A stretch of DNA of 64,000 nucleotides from Mytilus californianus (GCF_021869535.1 NW_026262593.1:22692001-22756000), one strand, 5' to 3'; shown: positions 26,355 to 39,874, counted from the stretch's first letter. The notes: a model not told the origin generated them from the sequence alone. Numbers and translations: made by a program.

Positions 26355-26745
26355 ACGTAGTAAACAGTAGATTACAGTTCGACTTATACTCAGTCTTCCA
26401 TGTAGTAAACAGTAGATTACAGTTCGACTTATACTCAGTCTTCCATGTAGTAAACAGTAGATTACAGTTCGACTTATACTCAGTCTTCCATGTAGTAAAC
26501 AGTAGATTACAGTTCGACTTATACTCAGTCTGCCATGTAGTAAACAGTAGATTACAGTTCGACTTATACTCAGTCTTCCATGTAGTAAACAGTAGATTAC
26601 AGTTCGACTTATACTCAGTCTTCCATGTAGTAAACAGTAGATTACATATCGACTTACTATAGATCTGTCTTTTACGTAGTAAACAATCGATTTCACTTCG
26701 ACTTAATCTGTCTGTTACGTACATGTAGTAAACAATCGATTACTG
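26355..26745. repeat. 45-bp minisatellite, ~7 near-identical plus 2 diverged units
   Basis: Unit GTAGTAAACAGTAGATTACAGTTCGACTTATACTCAGTCTTCCAT. Confidence 0.95.
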
Positions 26746-28384
26746 CAGTGTTTATTTTTAAACCATCATATAAATCAAGTTCTTATATATTTAAATGGAA
26801 CTTCACTTAAGTTTACCAAATGAAAAACTTGAAATTATTCAACTGCAATATAAATTTGTACAAGAATTAGCATTAATTTCAGCAACAATTATATAGAAAT
26901 GAGACAATAAAGAGCCATATTCCACTGAAAATTCAACATAAGTATATTCAAATTATTCCCAACGTTGTCTCGAAACAAAATATCGGTCTACGACACACGG
27001 TGTATTGATGTTTCGAAGCGTTTTATCATCTGATTTATACTGTCTGTGATATAGAGTTTAGCATTATTGTCATATAAATCGACGGAGTTTATGCAAGGAA
27101 ATTGCTTTTGCAATGTCAATTGAAAACAGATTCTTGTCACCCACATCTCAAATTTGTACTGCAAATGAATTTAATTAGAATTTACAATTTAAACAAGAAT
27201 ATTCCCAAGATGAATCAGAGTAGTAACCAGACAATATTAACAAGTAATGCAAGATTTCACATAAAAAAGAAAACAAATTATGCTAGACCGTTTCATTTAT
27301 TCTTGTTTTCAATTTATTGCATTTGCTTTGATCTCGGTATACTTTACAAGTACATTTGCCTTGTGATAAAGAATTAGAGATTTGTTTTTGGTGCCACCGA
27401 GGCATGAAACGTTATTAGATGTTCCAGAAAAATTGATAATAGGAATTTATCCAACATTTCTTATATTGGACCTTCCAAGAATAATGGTAAACTTTCTAAG
27501 TAAACGAAAGAACAATGAACGATTGCAATTTATTTTTTCATTTTAGAATCAAACACCTAAAGGTGAATAGGAACAAAAAATCCTTCTAAACTCGCCTGTC
27601 TCATCTTCAAAGAAAGACCAAAGTACAATAACCCGTCTCAAAACGACTGCATAAAAAGTCAAGAAACACAAAACAACCTTGGATGAATTCAGGTATTTGG
27701 GAAGTGAAAGCAGTTCCTAATCAACTAGAAATACATGCACCAGTCGTGTTGCTTATGACAAATAAAACTCAGGTGATAAGTCGCATTTAGAAAATAAAGG
27801 AACAATAAGTCCTCTATTCTTTCACTGGACAAACCGAACGATATTGAAGTTGTACCATAAAGAAAAATCAAAAACTTATGTGATGGTAAATTACCTTATT
27901 TATTGTAAGCAGTAAAGTGAGTCAAGTATGAGTTCCAGTGTTTGCAGAAAAACAAGAAGATGAAAATTGGGCGACCCAAATTAAATCAATAAACCGAGAA
28001 CCAGACAACACCTTGGCTAAGACAAAAAGAAAAAAAAAGACGATTATAAGTTAAAAATTACCACAAAACTTGACACTTTGAAGTCACATGCATCTATAGA
28101 TGTACATCGACATTTTATGATACCGATGTAAAACGTTTAAATGCATAACGGCCTCAACAGAACAGCATAATATGTCCTATGTAAACAATGTCAGTGGGAA
28201 TTACAATTCTAGTAACTGGAAATATACAACCAAAATGAAACATTAAAATTATGCCAGTTCCGGAACACAGGTTATCTAGCTCAATGTTCTCTCGTGTTCT
28301 AATAGTTTACCAACAACTGTACCAATCCAATGTAGTGGTGATAAAAGAAAAATAAAATTTATGTCCTTTAGCGTAACGCAGGTA

Positions 28385-28460
28385 CAAGTATGGCGTTGTC
28401 AGTTTGTTTCCGATCTATGAGTTTGACTGTCCCTCTAGTATCTTTCGTCCCTCTTTTACA
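28385..28460 (+). mobile_element. Penelope-like family B terminal fragment
   Basis: ggcgttgtcagttt...tatgagtttgactgtccctctagtatctttcgtccctcttt; abuts a family A end tail-to-tail. Confidence 0.6.
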
Positions 28461-28462
28461 GG

Positions 28463-29000
28463 ATAAAAATAAGGAGATGAGGTATGATTGCCAAAAACTA
28501 TCCACCAAAGTTCAAATAAAGTGGATGTAAGCAATTATAGGCAACCGTACGGCCTTCAACAATGAGAAAAACCCATACCGTGTGGTCGACAATAAAAGGC
28601 CCCGACATCAAACATATGAATTTATTCAACTGAGAAAACTAACGGCCTAATTTATAACAACACAATTTACGAAAAAACAAAAATGACAGACATGAACCAA
28701 CGACAACCACTGAACTACAGCCTCCTGAATTGGGACAGGCATATAAAGAATGTGGCGTGGTTAAACATGTTTGTGAGCGCTCAACCCTTCCCTAACCTGG
28801 GACAGTGGTGTAACAGCACAACATAAGAACAAACTATACAAATCAGTTGAAAAAGGCTAAACTCATCAAATCGATACAAAGCAGAAAAACATCAAATATA
28901 AACACGGACCGGACGTGGCAGTGTATTTACCCAGCCCTCATCCCTGACAACAAAAAGGACACTAAGTACAGATCTGAGAGTACTCGCAGTTACTGACAGC
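28463..29000 (-). mobile_element. Family A 3' UTR copy
   Basis: High similarity to 32000-32530. Confidence 0.85.
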
Positions 29001-30551
29001 TTTTTTTTGGCAAAACCAAGTGTAAAACTATCTTTTTATTATTATCAATAATCATATCTTTGTATTTTGTTCCTACGTCATATGAAGACTTATCAAAATG
29101 TAACAATTAACTGCATAACGCACCCATCATGAAGCGTGTAAAGTTACAAGATACACTTCGGAATTATGAAACGAATATATACGCTTAGTCAAGCATACTT
29201 ATACCAGTAACTATCCATCATGCAATTATATACTTGTATTATATAATCAAAATATTTTGGATTCGGATTTGTCTTTTGTTTGATAAAAACTTATGTTAAT
29301 TGTTATGCACTAATTATCATCATATGAAAGTATTCATATTAATTATATATTATGCATGAAATGTAAACAAATATTCTTCACCAATGACAAAAACTACGTT
29401 AGGATTTCTTTACATGTTATATACTTGAGTGAAATCTTACTTAAACGAATCTTTAAGGGACCAACCATTGTGTGCGAGTAAATTTTACAGGCAGGCTTTC
29501 ATTATACACAAATGAAATGACTATAGATTTTCATTTGATGTCACAGGTTTCTGTTTCAATAGATTTCCGATCAATTTCGGTATAAAAATTGCACTTTTCA
29601 ATCTGCATGCTAGTATAATTATATCAGAACTATTTATCTTAAGTTTCATACTCATTAATGATTAACAAAATTTCGAGGAATTGAATGACATAAAAGAACT
29701 AGTTATAATAATGAACACGATCAAATAACCAACAAGTAAATGATTTAGCCTGCCAGATTTTAAAATGCCATCACGTTAATTTTAGTACTGCATATTTTAG
29801 AATTTGTGAGTAGTCATTTCAAACAAGGTTAAACTTAACACTGCTTAATATAATCACGATTAACTCCGGTACATATAGCAACTGTCGACATTGCATGACA
29901 TGTGCAGATAACATTAACCATTTGCGACTAAAATAAATAATCTACTGCAGGCGAGAATGGATAACCGAAAAAAACTTATGTTATTTATGAGTAAATAGAT
30001 AACCCTCGATTGCAACAAACATTATACTGAATATATAGTTTTTACAAAGATGTAATTAATGATTAATGACGATATGCTCGAAAAGGTCAAATTAATATTT
30101 GATTGTGCAGTTCTTGCAGTTTAGTCGTAGTAATCATTATTGGAAAAGGATTATTAACGTTTACTTGATTTATTTTTGTACAAAATCACACTTGGCCTAA
30201 TACTAATTCATCTCCACAAATTAACAATATCAAAACATTGAAAACTTTCTCTGCGACTATACCTTTCAATTAAAATGGAGTTAGTACGTATAGATTTGGC
30301 TACTTCCTACATCTATACTATTAAACGAGAACACCTCATTTTGTGTGTCGCTTCTCTTCCTTCCTTAATAAATTAATCATCATGCCTCTGTGTCCTATAG
30401 GTACATGCATAGTCGTATTTGTCATCCATTCTTATGATTATTCAGTTGGGGTTATTTTGGGAGAAAAACGAAGAAAAAGGCGTCCGGATATTGTTTCCGT
30501 CATCAGACCGACTTTTAAGTCATACCCAAAACTTCCGATTTTAAACTTTAA

Positions 30552-30764
30552 AAGAGGGGATAAAGGGTTATTTTCGTGCAACGTGTTTTGCCACTTTTTA
30601 TTTCACGTGCAGCCGCGAAAAAGGTTCGTTATTCGACGTGTTTCTTGAAATCGATAAAAAGACCAACGTGCAAGAAATTTTTAATTGTTCGCTCATCGTG
30701 AAATGGCAATTTTATTTCGCGTTCTTCCGTGCAGATACCCCCCCCCCCCCTATACTCCCCTCTT
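30552..30764. mobile_element. MITE nested in the Helitron
   Basis: TIRs AAGAGGGGATAAAGGG / AAGAGGGGAGTATAGGG, flanked by TAA (a TTAA reading is also possible). Confidence 0.55.
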
Positions 30765-30783
30765 TAACATAATTTTCATAATT

Positions 30784-31048
30784 ACTCGGGGACAGGACAA
30801 TTATTTTCGCGTTATTCTGCATGTATACTATGATTATAATCCTATAATATATAGAGACTCTCTATATAATATTGCAGTGGAGAAGAAACTTGGAATTGAT
30901 AGTTAATAGCAATTACACTTTATTTATATTATATGTATGTTCATAGTATACAGAAACGCAAAAATCAAGGAATTTAACAGAGAGCAAAAAAAATAACGGA
31001 CTTTGGAAAAAAAGGTGAGGGCTTAAAATAATTGTCCTGTCTCCAAGT
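30784..31048. mobile_element. Second MITE nested in the Helitron
   Basis: TIRs ACTCGGGGACAGGACAATTATTTT / ACTTGGAGACAGGACAATTATTTT (22/24); TSD not resolved. Confidence 0.55.
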
Positions 31049-31996
31049 GCCTATGACTCAGTTTGATACCTTTTCTGAAATTCTCCAGACATAAAATCTT
31101 TTACAAAAATTCATCCTACAACAGTTTACATACAACCAAGCTCTAAATACCCGTGATTTCGCGGGTGTGTTCTAGTATATATTATTAAACGACTGTTCTG
31201 TTATTGATTTATTTTTTTAAGGTGGTGCATACATAGCTGAAGATGCTTACCCTATCGACGCGCTGGGTCTCGCCCATTTCGGAGTTCATGATTCGTACTG
31301 TATTTGATTTTCATCTTATTTTGTATCTTCTTAGTGAATTTATGAGATTTGAACATCGGTTTTCTACTGTTTCACTTTTCTCTTGAACACAATTGTTATA
31401 TTATTCTAAATTATCTTGAAAAATATTTTACCGTATAATAGTTTTCGCCTTATGTTATCAAAGTCACAAACAAAATGTAGTTTTCCCAAACACTTCGACA
31501 CAGATATCGGTCGTTCTTGGTCACAGATAAATTATAAACAGCAGTTTGTTTTATTTTTGTCAGAAACTCTGCATTGACAACCAATGCAACACGAATTAGG
31601 CCCGCACGCTTTCCGATTTAAAACTATTGAGGTTCAGGTAAAATCATGATTTTTTCCCTCAAAAGTGTTATTTGTACACATTCTAAAGTAATTCAAAGTT
31701 TACCACACTCTTGTAGGATAAGTTCTTTTGAAGCAGAACAATCGTAACGCCGAAACCTTCAGAAAAAGACAGTAAAATATATCCGCAACCTGAATATCGA
31801 ATTGCAAGTTGTCTGACAACGTTGAACTGTGGTCTTTGTTTCGATTATATGCGAAGCCGAGGAAGGTTTAAGATTTAAGAGCCGACGGGATGCAAACACC
31901 TCAAATTATTTGAACTCTGAACTAATGAAATGTAACCGTCTGATATTAATAGACATATGAACAAACCGCATAACGTTTATAAAATAAGCAATGCAA

Positions 31997-33229
31997 TATA
32001 AAAATAAAGAGATAAGGTATGATTGCCAATGAGACAACTATCCACCAAAGTTTAAATGAAGTGGATGTAAGCAATTATAGGCAACCGGACGGCCTTCAAT
32101 AATGAGAAAAACCCATACTGTATGGTCGTCTATAAAAGGCCCCGACATGAAAAATGTGAAACAATTCAATTGAGAAAACTAACGGCCTAATTTATAACAA
32201 AACAATTTACGAAAAACAAATATGACAGACATGAACCAACGACAACCACTGAACTTAAGGTTCCTGACTATGGACCGGCACGTACAGAATGTGGCGAGGT
32301 TAAACATGTTTGTGAGCGCTCAACCCTCCCCCTTACCTGGGACAGTGATGTAACAGTACAATATAAGCACAAACTATAAAAATCAGTTGAAAAAGGCTTA
32401 ACTCATCAGATGGATACAAATAGAAATACATCTAACAAAACCACAGAGTGGACGTAGACGGGTACTTATACATCCCCACGTCAAAAAGACACTGAGTAAA
32501 GATCTGAGAGTACTCGCAGTTACTGGCAGCTAGTTCAAAGCCAATAACAACTAATTAAAAAAATAATGTATCTAAGACTAACATATCAATCAGTACACAT
32601 CCAACATCCAATGGATTTAGTGTAAAGACGTCATTAACAGTGATCTTGTGCAATGTTAAGATATAGGTATCAACAGTTTGTAGTACCGTGAAAGTAAATA
32701 TATGTACTATTTAGTATGGTTTTAATTTACTGATAACAAAATCAATATTTATACCAATAAAAACAATATTTAAAGATTTAATTACAGTGTTGAATAGGTA
32801 ATCTTTTAGAATAAATTTATTTAAAGGATTGATAAGTTTACCCGGATCGTTTCTAAATTTCCGGGCTCGGTTTACAACATCTACGTAAAATTTAGGATGT
32901 GCTATACCGTTTGAAATAAGTTTTCTACAGGTACAGCCAAACTTGCAGACCAAATCTTAGTATCTATATCTATGGAAGAATTTAGTAAAGGTTTTAAGTA
33001 ATTTGTGGTAACGAAATTCCTCACTTAATAATTTACTAGTAATACAAAGAATACGCTCATCGAAATTCAAAGCGTCACTACAGACATGAGCATAGTGAAC
33101 GAGTTGGGATATATAAACACCGTAAGACGGTGACAAAGGAACATCACCGTTAAAAAAGGGAAAATTAACAATAGAGAAAGAAAAATCATCCCTTTTGTCG
33201 TAAATGTTTGTGGATAGTTTACTTGTCAT
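31997..33229 (-). mobile_element. 5'-truncated Penelope-like retroelement, family A (Naiad-like): RT C-terminus plus 3' UTR
   Basis: TNIYDKRDDFSFSIVNFPF..PSYGVYISQLVHYAHVC..KFGCTCRKL..HPKFY, with one TAA nonsense codon at ~32957. ORF stop at 32711, then a ~700-bp conserved 3' region. Confidence 0.9.
32576..32641 (-). promoter_or_regulatory. Candidate eukaryotic form-2 SECIS element in the retroelement 3' UTR
   Basis: Minus strand: AUGAC GUCUUUACAC UAAA UCCA-UUGGAUGU-UGGA U GUGUACUGAU UGAU. It has the AUGA...GA quartet, a 10-bp helix II (8 pairs), unpaired AAA and an apical mini-stem. Helix I is ACUG/UAGU. Confidence 0.7.
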
Positions 33230-34179
33230 TTTTTGTTTTCATTAGATGCAATGTGAAAGTAAGAAAATTCATCATAGATACCAGGTTCTTTCTCCTTTAT
33301 TATATGTTTGTTTACTAAAAAAATCATAAAATAAACCAGCGACTCTTTTAGAAAAAAAACCCATACGATTAAAATTGATCGTTAGTGATACAGAAATGTG
33401 TATGAAAACAGCCGCAGACTTATAATTTAGTATGCTAGATGCGCGTTCTCATCAGTGGTGCTCGTTTCAAAACAATTATAACACGACACGAAATAGGCAT
33501 ACTATAACAGGCACTTAAAGCTGTAATAAATGCGGATAGTCTATCTTCAGTAACGCTTTTTGTATGGGACATTATTGCAAGGAAATTAAATCGCAAGAAT
33601 GGTCTTTGAAAGGTGCGACAAAAAGTTATTGACGAAACGAGAACGTATGAGACACGTTAAAGGAAAAATATACAGTTAAAGAATAAATGCGGGAACAAAT
33701 TTGAATATAGAGTCCAGGGATTATTTGGGAAAACACACCACGGAAAAAGGATACAGATAAAACATCTACCACAAGATTTTTAGATTCCGAACAAGTATGA
33801 ACCGCAAAAAAAAAAAGCCGTTAGGACAAATGTCAGCAGCAAAATCTTCTCTTTAAGTGTGTCTGTTAATGTGGCTGATTTTACGCGTTAATTCTATATA
33901 TTCCTTATGCTTGCAATCATATCACATAGAAATAAGCGCTACTAAAGACAGGCAACCCGCAATCAACTCAACTTTAAGTAGCTGTCTTTGAATGTCTTTT
34001 TACGCGTTGTCGTAAAGATATCGGATTACTAAGCCTTTAACCACAAATACTGTATAGCAGACCTCTTTTCATTTGAATATGTCATAAATAAAAAAAAAGT
34101 GCAAATGAAGCTTGCACGATATTGTCTATATTTTATGTTACTTCGGAAATGATTAACATTCTAGTATATTATACTCATC

Positions 34180-34500
34180 AAATATATCAGACTCGTTTCG
34201 TCTATACAAAATCATCCGTCTCGCTCGAATGAAAACAAATGGGAAGGTCAAACTCAATTACAAAGTTGAAAAGCATGGAAACAATAAATTTCTAAGAAGT
34301 TTTGGCAGGTCTGGCAGAGGCCACCTATACATTGTACCAGGGATAAGAAGAATCTTAGTGTGTCAAGTGATTTTTACATGTTAAGAACAGTAAATTTACT
34401 GAAAATTACATCAATTATATTTTATGTCAGCACAAGAGTGCAGATAACTGAGGTGGTAATACCCTCGGGGACGCAACTTCTATCAGTAGGAGCATGCTGC
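34180..34500 (-). mobile_element. Old hammerhead-bearing repeat copy
   Basis: cgtttcgtctatac...aacagtaaattt...tgtcagcacaagagtgc...ataccctcgggga; collinear with 54120-54378 in permuted order. Confidence 0.55.
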
Positions 34501-36394
34501 TATGTTAAAGCAGTGACGAAGTTGAAGCCAATTGAAAACAATAAATTCAAACAAAATGTGTTACAAATGTGGCGAAGGTCATCTATGCTTGGCGTAGGAA
34601 TCCGTATGTTCTGTATGTAATATCAAATATGTTAATACGTAACATTTTAAAGCTACTTTCCCTAAATATAAGTGATGACCAACGTTTAATTCAGAGTCTG
34701 TAAAACAACATTTTTCACTTAAATTATTACTCAATAGTTTTTAATCGTATAGTATGGTCAATATTGTGTCTTTAATTAGGTTTGAATGCCCAATAATTCT
34801 CTTGTTTGGGCTATTTAGACTGTCTGTTCGGAGACACTTATTTACAGACATCTGTGTCGAAGTATTCGAGAAAATTGGCACTTTAGTTTTTTTACCCAAA
34901 GAACATAAGACGAAAAAAAGAAACGTGAAGCATGTGTTTTGGTCGCCATTTTTTTTGTTTTGTAATTTGATTTTTGGCCTGATCTCCAGCTTTCTGAAAG
35001 TATGGCTATACAATATATTAATAATTAAGCAACCCTATCGGAGAGTATATTTGAGACTATTAGATAACAACATCGATGGTATTAAAACTTTATAAATTAA
35101 GTTACTCGGCAGGTGTTTATAGGAATCCCATGCTACATGATCACAATAAAGACCAAGTAATAAATGCATTTATAGTTAACAAGACTTCGGTGAGTTTCGA
35201 ATAATTTGCAAAATTCAGATCCACGTTGTTAAAAAGAGTAGCTCTATATAATTATTCACATGAATTTTATTATCATAATGTAAAATATTACAATGATATG
35301 ATAGAATAATGTTCAATATGGCACGGAAAGGGTAAAAATTACAATTACCTGCCAAATTAATGAGCTTAACTTTGAATTGAACAGTAACAATCAACAGGTG
35401 TTACAAGAGGACGTAATTCAAGGAAGGGAAAGGTTATAATTACACTCAACTTTAGTCACTAATATTTTACTTTAACTATCATGGTCATCATATTCGATTT
35501 TATTTTTGCCGTTTATACATGAACAAGAGGTGATATGGTGTATATGCCATAGAAAAAGCAACCCATCGACAAGGAAAAAACTACCAAGAGGTCAGCGAAC
35601 GATGCATTATTTAAAGCAGTTCGGTGACATCTGGACATGTATTTTTTATCTTGTTGAAGATGACCTGCTGAACTTGATACTGATCGTTTTCCTACACATG
35701 GGACTCTTCACTGATTTATTATGGCTATTCTAATGTTCAGTATTAGAATCAAACAGAGAAAAAGTGTAAAATTCATGTAACTACTGACAGACGCAACTAC
35801 AAAATTAATATCGTTGCATGATATTGCTCAAACCAGACCATATAAATCACTTTACTGGAACTTCCTAACATCATTACAAAAACAAACAATTATGTAATAT
35901 TAGTCTTCGATGCAATTAGTTTAGAACAGCATAGCAGGATATTTATAGAATGGTTGTAGAACTAAAGAGCTTCTAACATGGTTTCGGCTTCCTTGAAATT
36001 TAATATCCTTAGATGTAAAACTCAATTTTAAGATTCTCATTAAGTTTCCGGATATATATAGACTCTTTAATCAGACGGCAAAATAATTTCAAAATTTCAA
36101 AATTCAATTTAAGCAGCAAAACAAAAGACGAAAAGTCTGAAATGAACTACCTTAGAGGACATTGTCTTCACTAGAGAAATAAAAAACTAGTTTGTTGCTC
36201 TCTGCTTGATTCAGACTTTCTAGGCATTGATGGCCTTGGCTTGGAATTAAACATCGATCCTTTAATAGGATTGTCTGTTCTATTTATGTTTAATAATCTA
36301 ACTTTTTGGTATATAATTGAAGTTTGTTTGTCCTTTTTTATGGCATTTTTTATTCATAAATATTGCTGATGATAACATGGCTATATAGTGATCT

Positions 36395-36535
36395 TGTCAT
36401 GTCGGGCACCCCTTTTTTTAGCTTGCTATACGGTATGGGTTTTGCTCATTGTTGAAGGCTGTACAGTGACCTATATTTGTTATAATATCTACGTTATTTG
36501 CTCTCTGATGGAATCATACCACATCTCCTTAATTC
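36395..36535 (+). mobile_element. Family A terminal fragment
   Basis: cggtatgggttttgctcattgttgaaggctgtac...cataccacatctccttaa. Confidence 0.65.
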
Positions 36536-36676
36536 TTACTGGACTGCTGACCGATCGTCAAACTATCCAGTTGTTCACAAGTACCCCTAAACAAGTGAAT
36601 ATATTCAAATTGAACCTGTTGTTAATAGCCTTCAATATGTAATTGCGTAGTCCAAGGACACCTCCTGTAATTTCAA

Positions 36677-36773
36677 TGTTTACAAAGTTTTGGCTGCTGG
36701 ATCCTAATTATTGTCACACCTATAATTCCACTGTTTACAAAGTTTTGGCTGCTGGATCCTAATTATTGTCACA
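36677..36773. repeat. 55-bp-period tandem duplication
   Basis: tgtttacaaagttttggctgctggatcctaattattgtcaca is identical at 36677 and 36732. Confidence 0.9.
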
Positions 36774-37344
36774 TTAACCTATTATGTCTGTTTGGGTTGC
36801 ACACCCAATTTTGTCAATATAACGAAACTGCCATACAAGTGGGAGGTTTAGCTAGCTATAAAACCAGGTTTAACCCATCATTTTCTTCGGAAAATGCCTG
36901 TACCAAGTCAGTTGTTTTTCACTCGTTCCGTTTGTTGATAGCATTTAAATTTATCAGTTTTATGGAAGTTTTTTTTTATTTACCTTGACGTTCGTTATTT
37001 TTGTAATAATTTTTCATTTTATAATCCGATTTGATTTTCGGGTTTTCATTAGCAAAACCTTGAGCAAGTTGAAGAAGTCTCCCATCAACAACTCCTAGAT
37101 AATATAACTTGTTATAAAAATGGGAGAGGATACTAAGCGGACAATAAAAAAAATCATAATTCGAAGAAAGTCAGCCAACACATTTCCAAAAGAAAAGACA
37201 AACAAACAACACAGTTTGAAAGTCATTACACAGGAATCGAAGATTGAACAAAAAACGTTTCTTAAATGATTGATATTTTATGGTATTGTCACAGTATAAT
37301 TTTGAACCTGGATTGTTAATTGGTATCAGTACTTCATCTACAGC

Positions 37345-37545
37345 AATGATCACTGAGGTTGTGAGTGCGAACTACGCTTGAGTTGCGTATCAACTCTGAT
37401 CTTAATTGACAAGGATTTGTCAGATTTCCTGCCGAATGTAATGTACTCTTTTCGGTTATTCAAGCTTCCTCAACCAATTAAAAACTTCCGACATGATAAA
37501 GCGAATGTTTTTGAAAGTGGTGTTAAACACATACAAACAAACATC
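37345..37545 (+). mobile_element. Diverged copy of the same SINE
   Basis: cactgaggttgtgagtgcgaac...gaaagtggtgttaaacac. Confidence 0.6.
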
Positions 37546-37859
37546 TATTTAAGTTTTGATTAGATAAGATTGAATCATAAAACAAAACGCAGAAAATGTC
37601 AAAACTTTTAAAAACATATAATCTCATCATAACATTACAGCTGTACAGTTGTGACCAGAATGTTTGTCATAAATATCCCGAAAGATTCTAGACAGCATCA
37701 AGCAAAATCTGTTACATACAAGAAAATTTGAAAGTTCAAAGTTCAAAGTTACCTTCGTATACAAGAACACAAAACGTAGGTGATAATACAGCATTAGCTG
37801 TAACAGTTAATGGACAATCTGAAGTATTATTCGTTTTACAGCTGAACTTACTTCTCATA

Positions 37860-38115
37860 AACTATTATCGATATCATTACTTGACTCATCACCGAATTTG
37901 TTCTTACGATAAGCAACAGGACGGGAGCCACAATTATTGGAGTAGGATATGGAGACCACACTTGTTGGTGAGGTTCGTGTTGCTCAGTCTTTAGTGTTCT
38001 ATGTAGTTTTTTGTGGACTAGTTTGTCCATTCGTTGTCTTTCGTTTTTGCCATGGCCTTGTCAATTTATCTCGACATGAGTTTTGAATGTCCCCTTAGTA
38101 TCTTCCGTCTTATTT
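37860..38115 (+). mobile_element. Penelope-like family B 3' fragment
   Basis: Contains ggtgaggttcgtgttgctcagtctttag...gccatggccttgtc...tgagttttgaatgtccc, as in 9290-9440. Confidence 0.6.
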
Positions 38116-38769
38116 TAATAATTTTGAATAGTTATCTTATAAATTGATTCTTTCAAAATTAAGCCTATAAATTCAATGTGCTTACGTAACCCGTATCCAA
38201 CAAAGAAGAAAAATAAAAGCTTAACAATATCCAATTATAATGGACAGGCATTAATGAATTTGGCTTAGAAATCAATAGGTACTCATTTTAGTACAAATAC
38301 GACACTAATAACCTGTAACACTTAATCACAGCATTACAGATTAGAAGATAATCTAATATGCTCCCGTAACCAAACAGAAGCAGAGATTTTATGGTAGTGG
38401 TTTATGAATCAATGGTTTATGTAACAACCCGTGGCTGATTAGTTTTTTTAAAGGTTTCTATTCATGAAAATTTATCTTATAGGTGAAATTAACATGACCT
38501 AAATCTTACCCGTTTCAAGGAAAAAAGTTCATCAAATTTATGCTTAATGTTAATTTTAATGGTAATCAAACCTTAAAAACCTGGTGGCTTTCTCAGAATA
38601 CAATGAATTATTTAGAAAACTCGATTCAACATCCTAGTTTAGATAGTGACATGAATACAAATATCAAAAATTCATATGATACCGTATCCGTACACATGAC
38701 ACGTACTTCCATAATGACCGATATTAGGTAGACTAGAGATCCAACAATTTAAAAACCAAAAAAATTAAT

Positions 38770-39200
38770 AATATTAGATAGTATGAAACCAAAAGTGTCT
38801 AAACAAAACAGCCAAAATCGTCTAAGTTCAACTTCGTAATTTATTTGGTCTTTTAACTTTTTTGATTTGAGCGTCACTGATGAGACTTTTGAAGACGTCT
38901 GTCATACAAAATTATCAGCCTGGGGTGCATTCAATATCATAGCTGCTACGTAGGGCTACGTAGATTTCGACTACTGAACGTATAGCTATGCTAGCCGCTA
39001 AATGGACCTTTATACAATGTAGCCTAAAAAATTCACGCTATCTAGAAAAACCAAAATGGCGTCCGATAGGTTATTTATTAATGACGTCATTTGGATAACC
39101 TAGAGCTATTTAGCATATCGTTCAACATAGCCATATATCTATGACATATCGGCTATCTATATTGAACGCAACCCTGGTGTCTTTGTTGAGTTTATTCGCA
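38770..39200 (+). mobile_element. Hammerhead-bearing repeat copy, split by the MITE
   Basis: GCGTCA CTGATGA GAC-TTTTGAA-GAC [GAAAC segment deleted] GTC TGTCAT. Confidence 0.7.
38923..39173. mobile_element. Harbinger-like MITE with CTG (CWG) TSD
   Basis: TIRs GGGTGCATTCAATAT / GGTTGCGTTCAATAT (13/15). CTG is duplicated; the host repeat resumes after the element. Confidence 0.75.
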
Positions 39201-39839
39201 AACGTAGTTTAAACTAAGTCTAAAAGCTAAGATTTAAAAGGACAATCAAACCAAACTGATTAAAATAAGATGTAAGGTGACAAGAAAAAATAAAAGGACA
39301 TTATAATATACTCAGTATACTATACGTTAAAATCGAGAGAAGACTTTCTTGTTCTTATAAAATGTTATAAAAACTAATTTTGATGATTAAAAACTGAGAA
39401 TCCCCATGCTTATAAAATCTCGTGGCATAAGTGAAGAATCATTGTGAAGTTTCATATTCATTTTATATATTTGCACGAAAAACAATCAAGTTATCAAGTT
39501 ATGTCATAGGATGATGTTACCAAGCCTACAATATTAATTATTTTAAAATCATCATTTCGATATGAATCAAAATATTACCAATTATTTGACCCTAGGACAG
39601 AAAGATGAACTGTTCAATCGTATCTGAACGGCTCACACTATACAATTTTCCTCGTTTTAGACAAATTAAACATCTATTTTCGAGTTTTTATATATTGGTC
39701 CAAATCTCAGGGGTAGTATAAAATAAATTATTCAGGAGTATCATGCATTTAAAAATTTCTGCTAATGTGCATATAATGAAAACAGTATTTTTTTATCCAA
39801 TTCACACCATTTTACGAGGCAGCTTTTAATTCATTAAAA

Positions 39840-39874
<35 letters not shown>

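Larger units (their letters stand above)
30312..31175 (+). mobile_element. Non-autonomous Helitron
   Basis: A|TC start (TCTATACTATTAAA), 3' hairpin ACCCGTGA-TT-TCGCGGGT, then CTAG|T; inserted between A and T with no TSD. Confidence 0.8.

Noticed and set aside
26198-26724. Three overlapping 120-150-aa ORFs with 15-aa repeats
   Set aside because: By-product of a stop-free 45-bp minisatellite; open on both strands with no protein motif.
23680-26745. Tandem arrays as CRISPR
   Set aside because: No unique spacers between repeats, no cas genes, and eukaryotic context.
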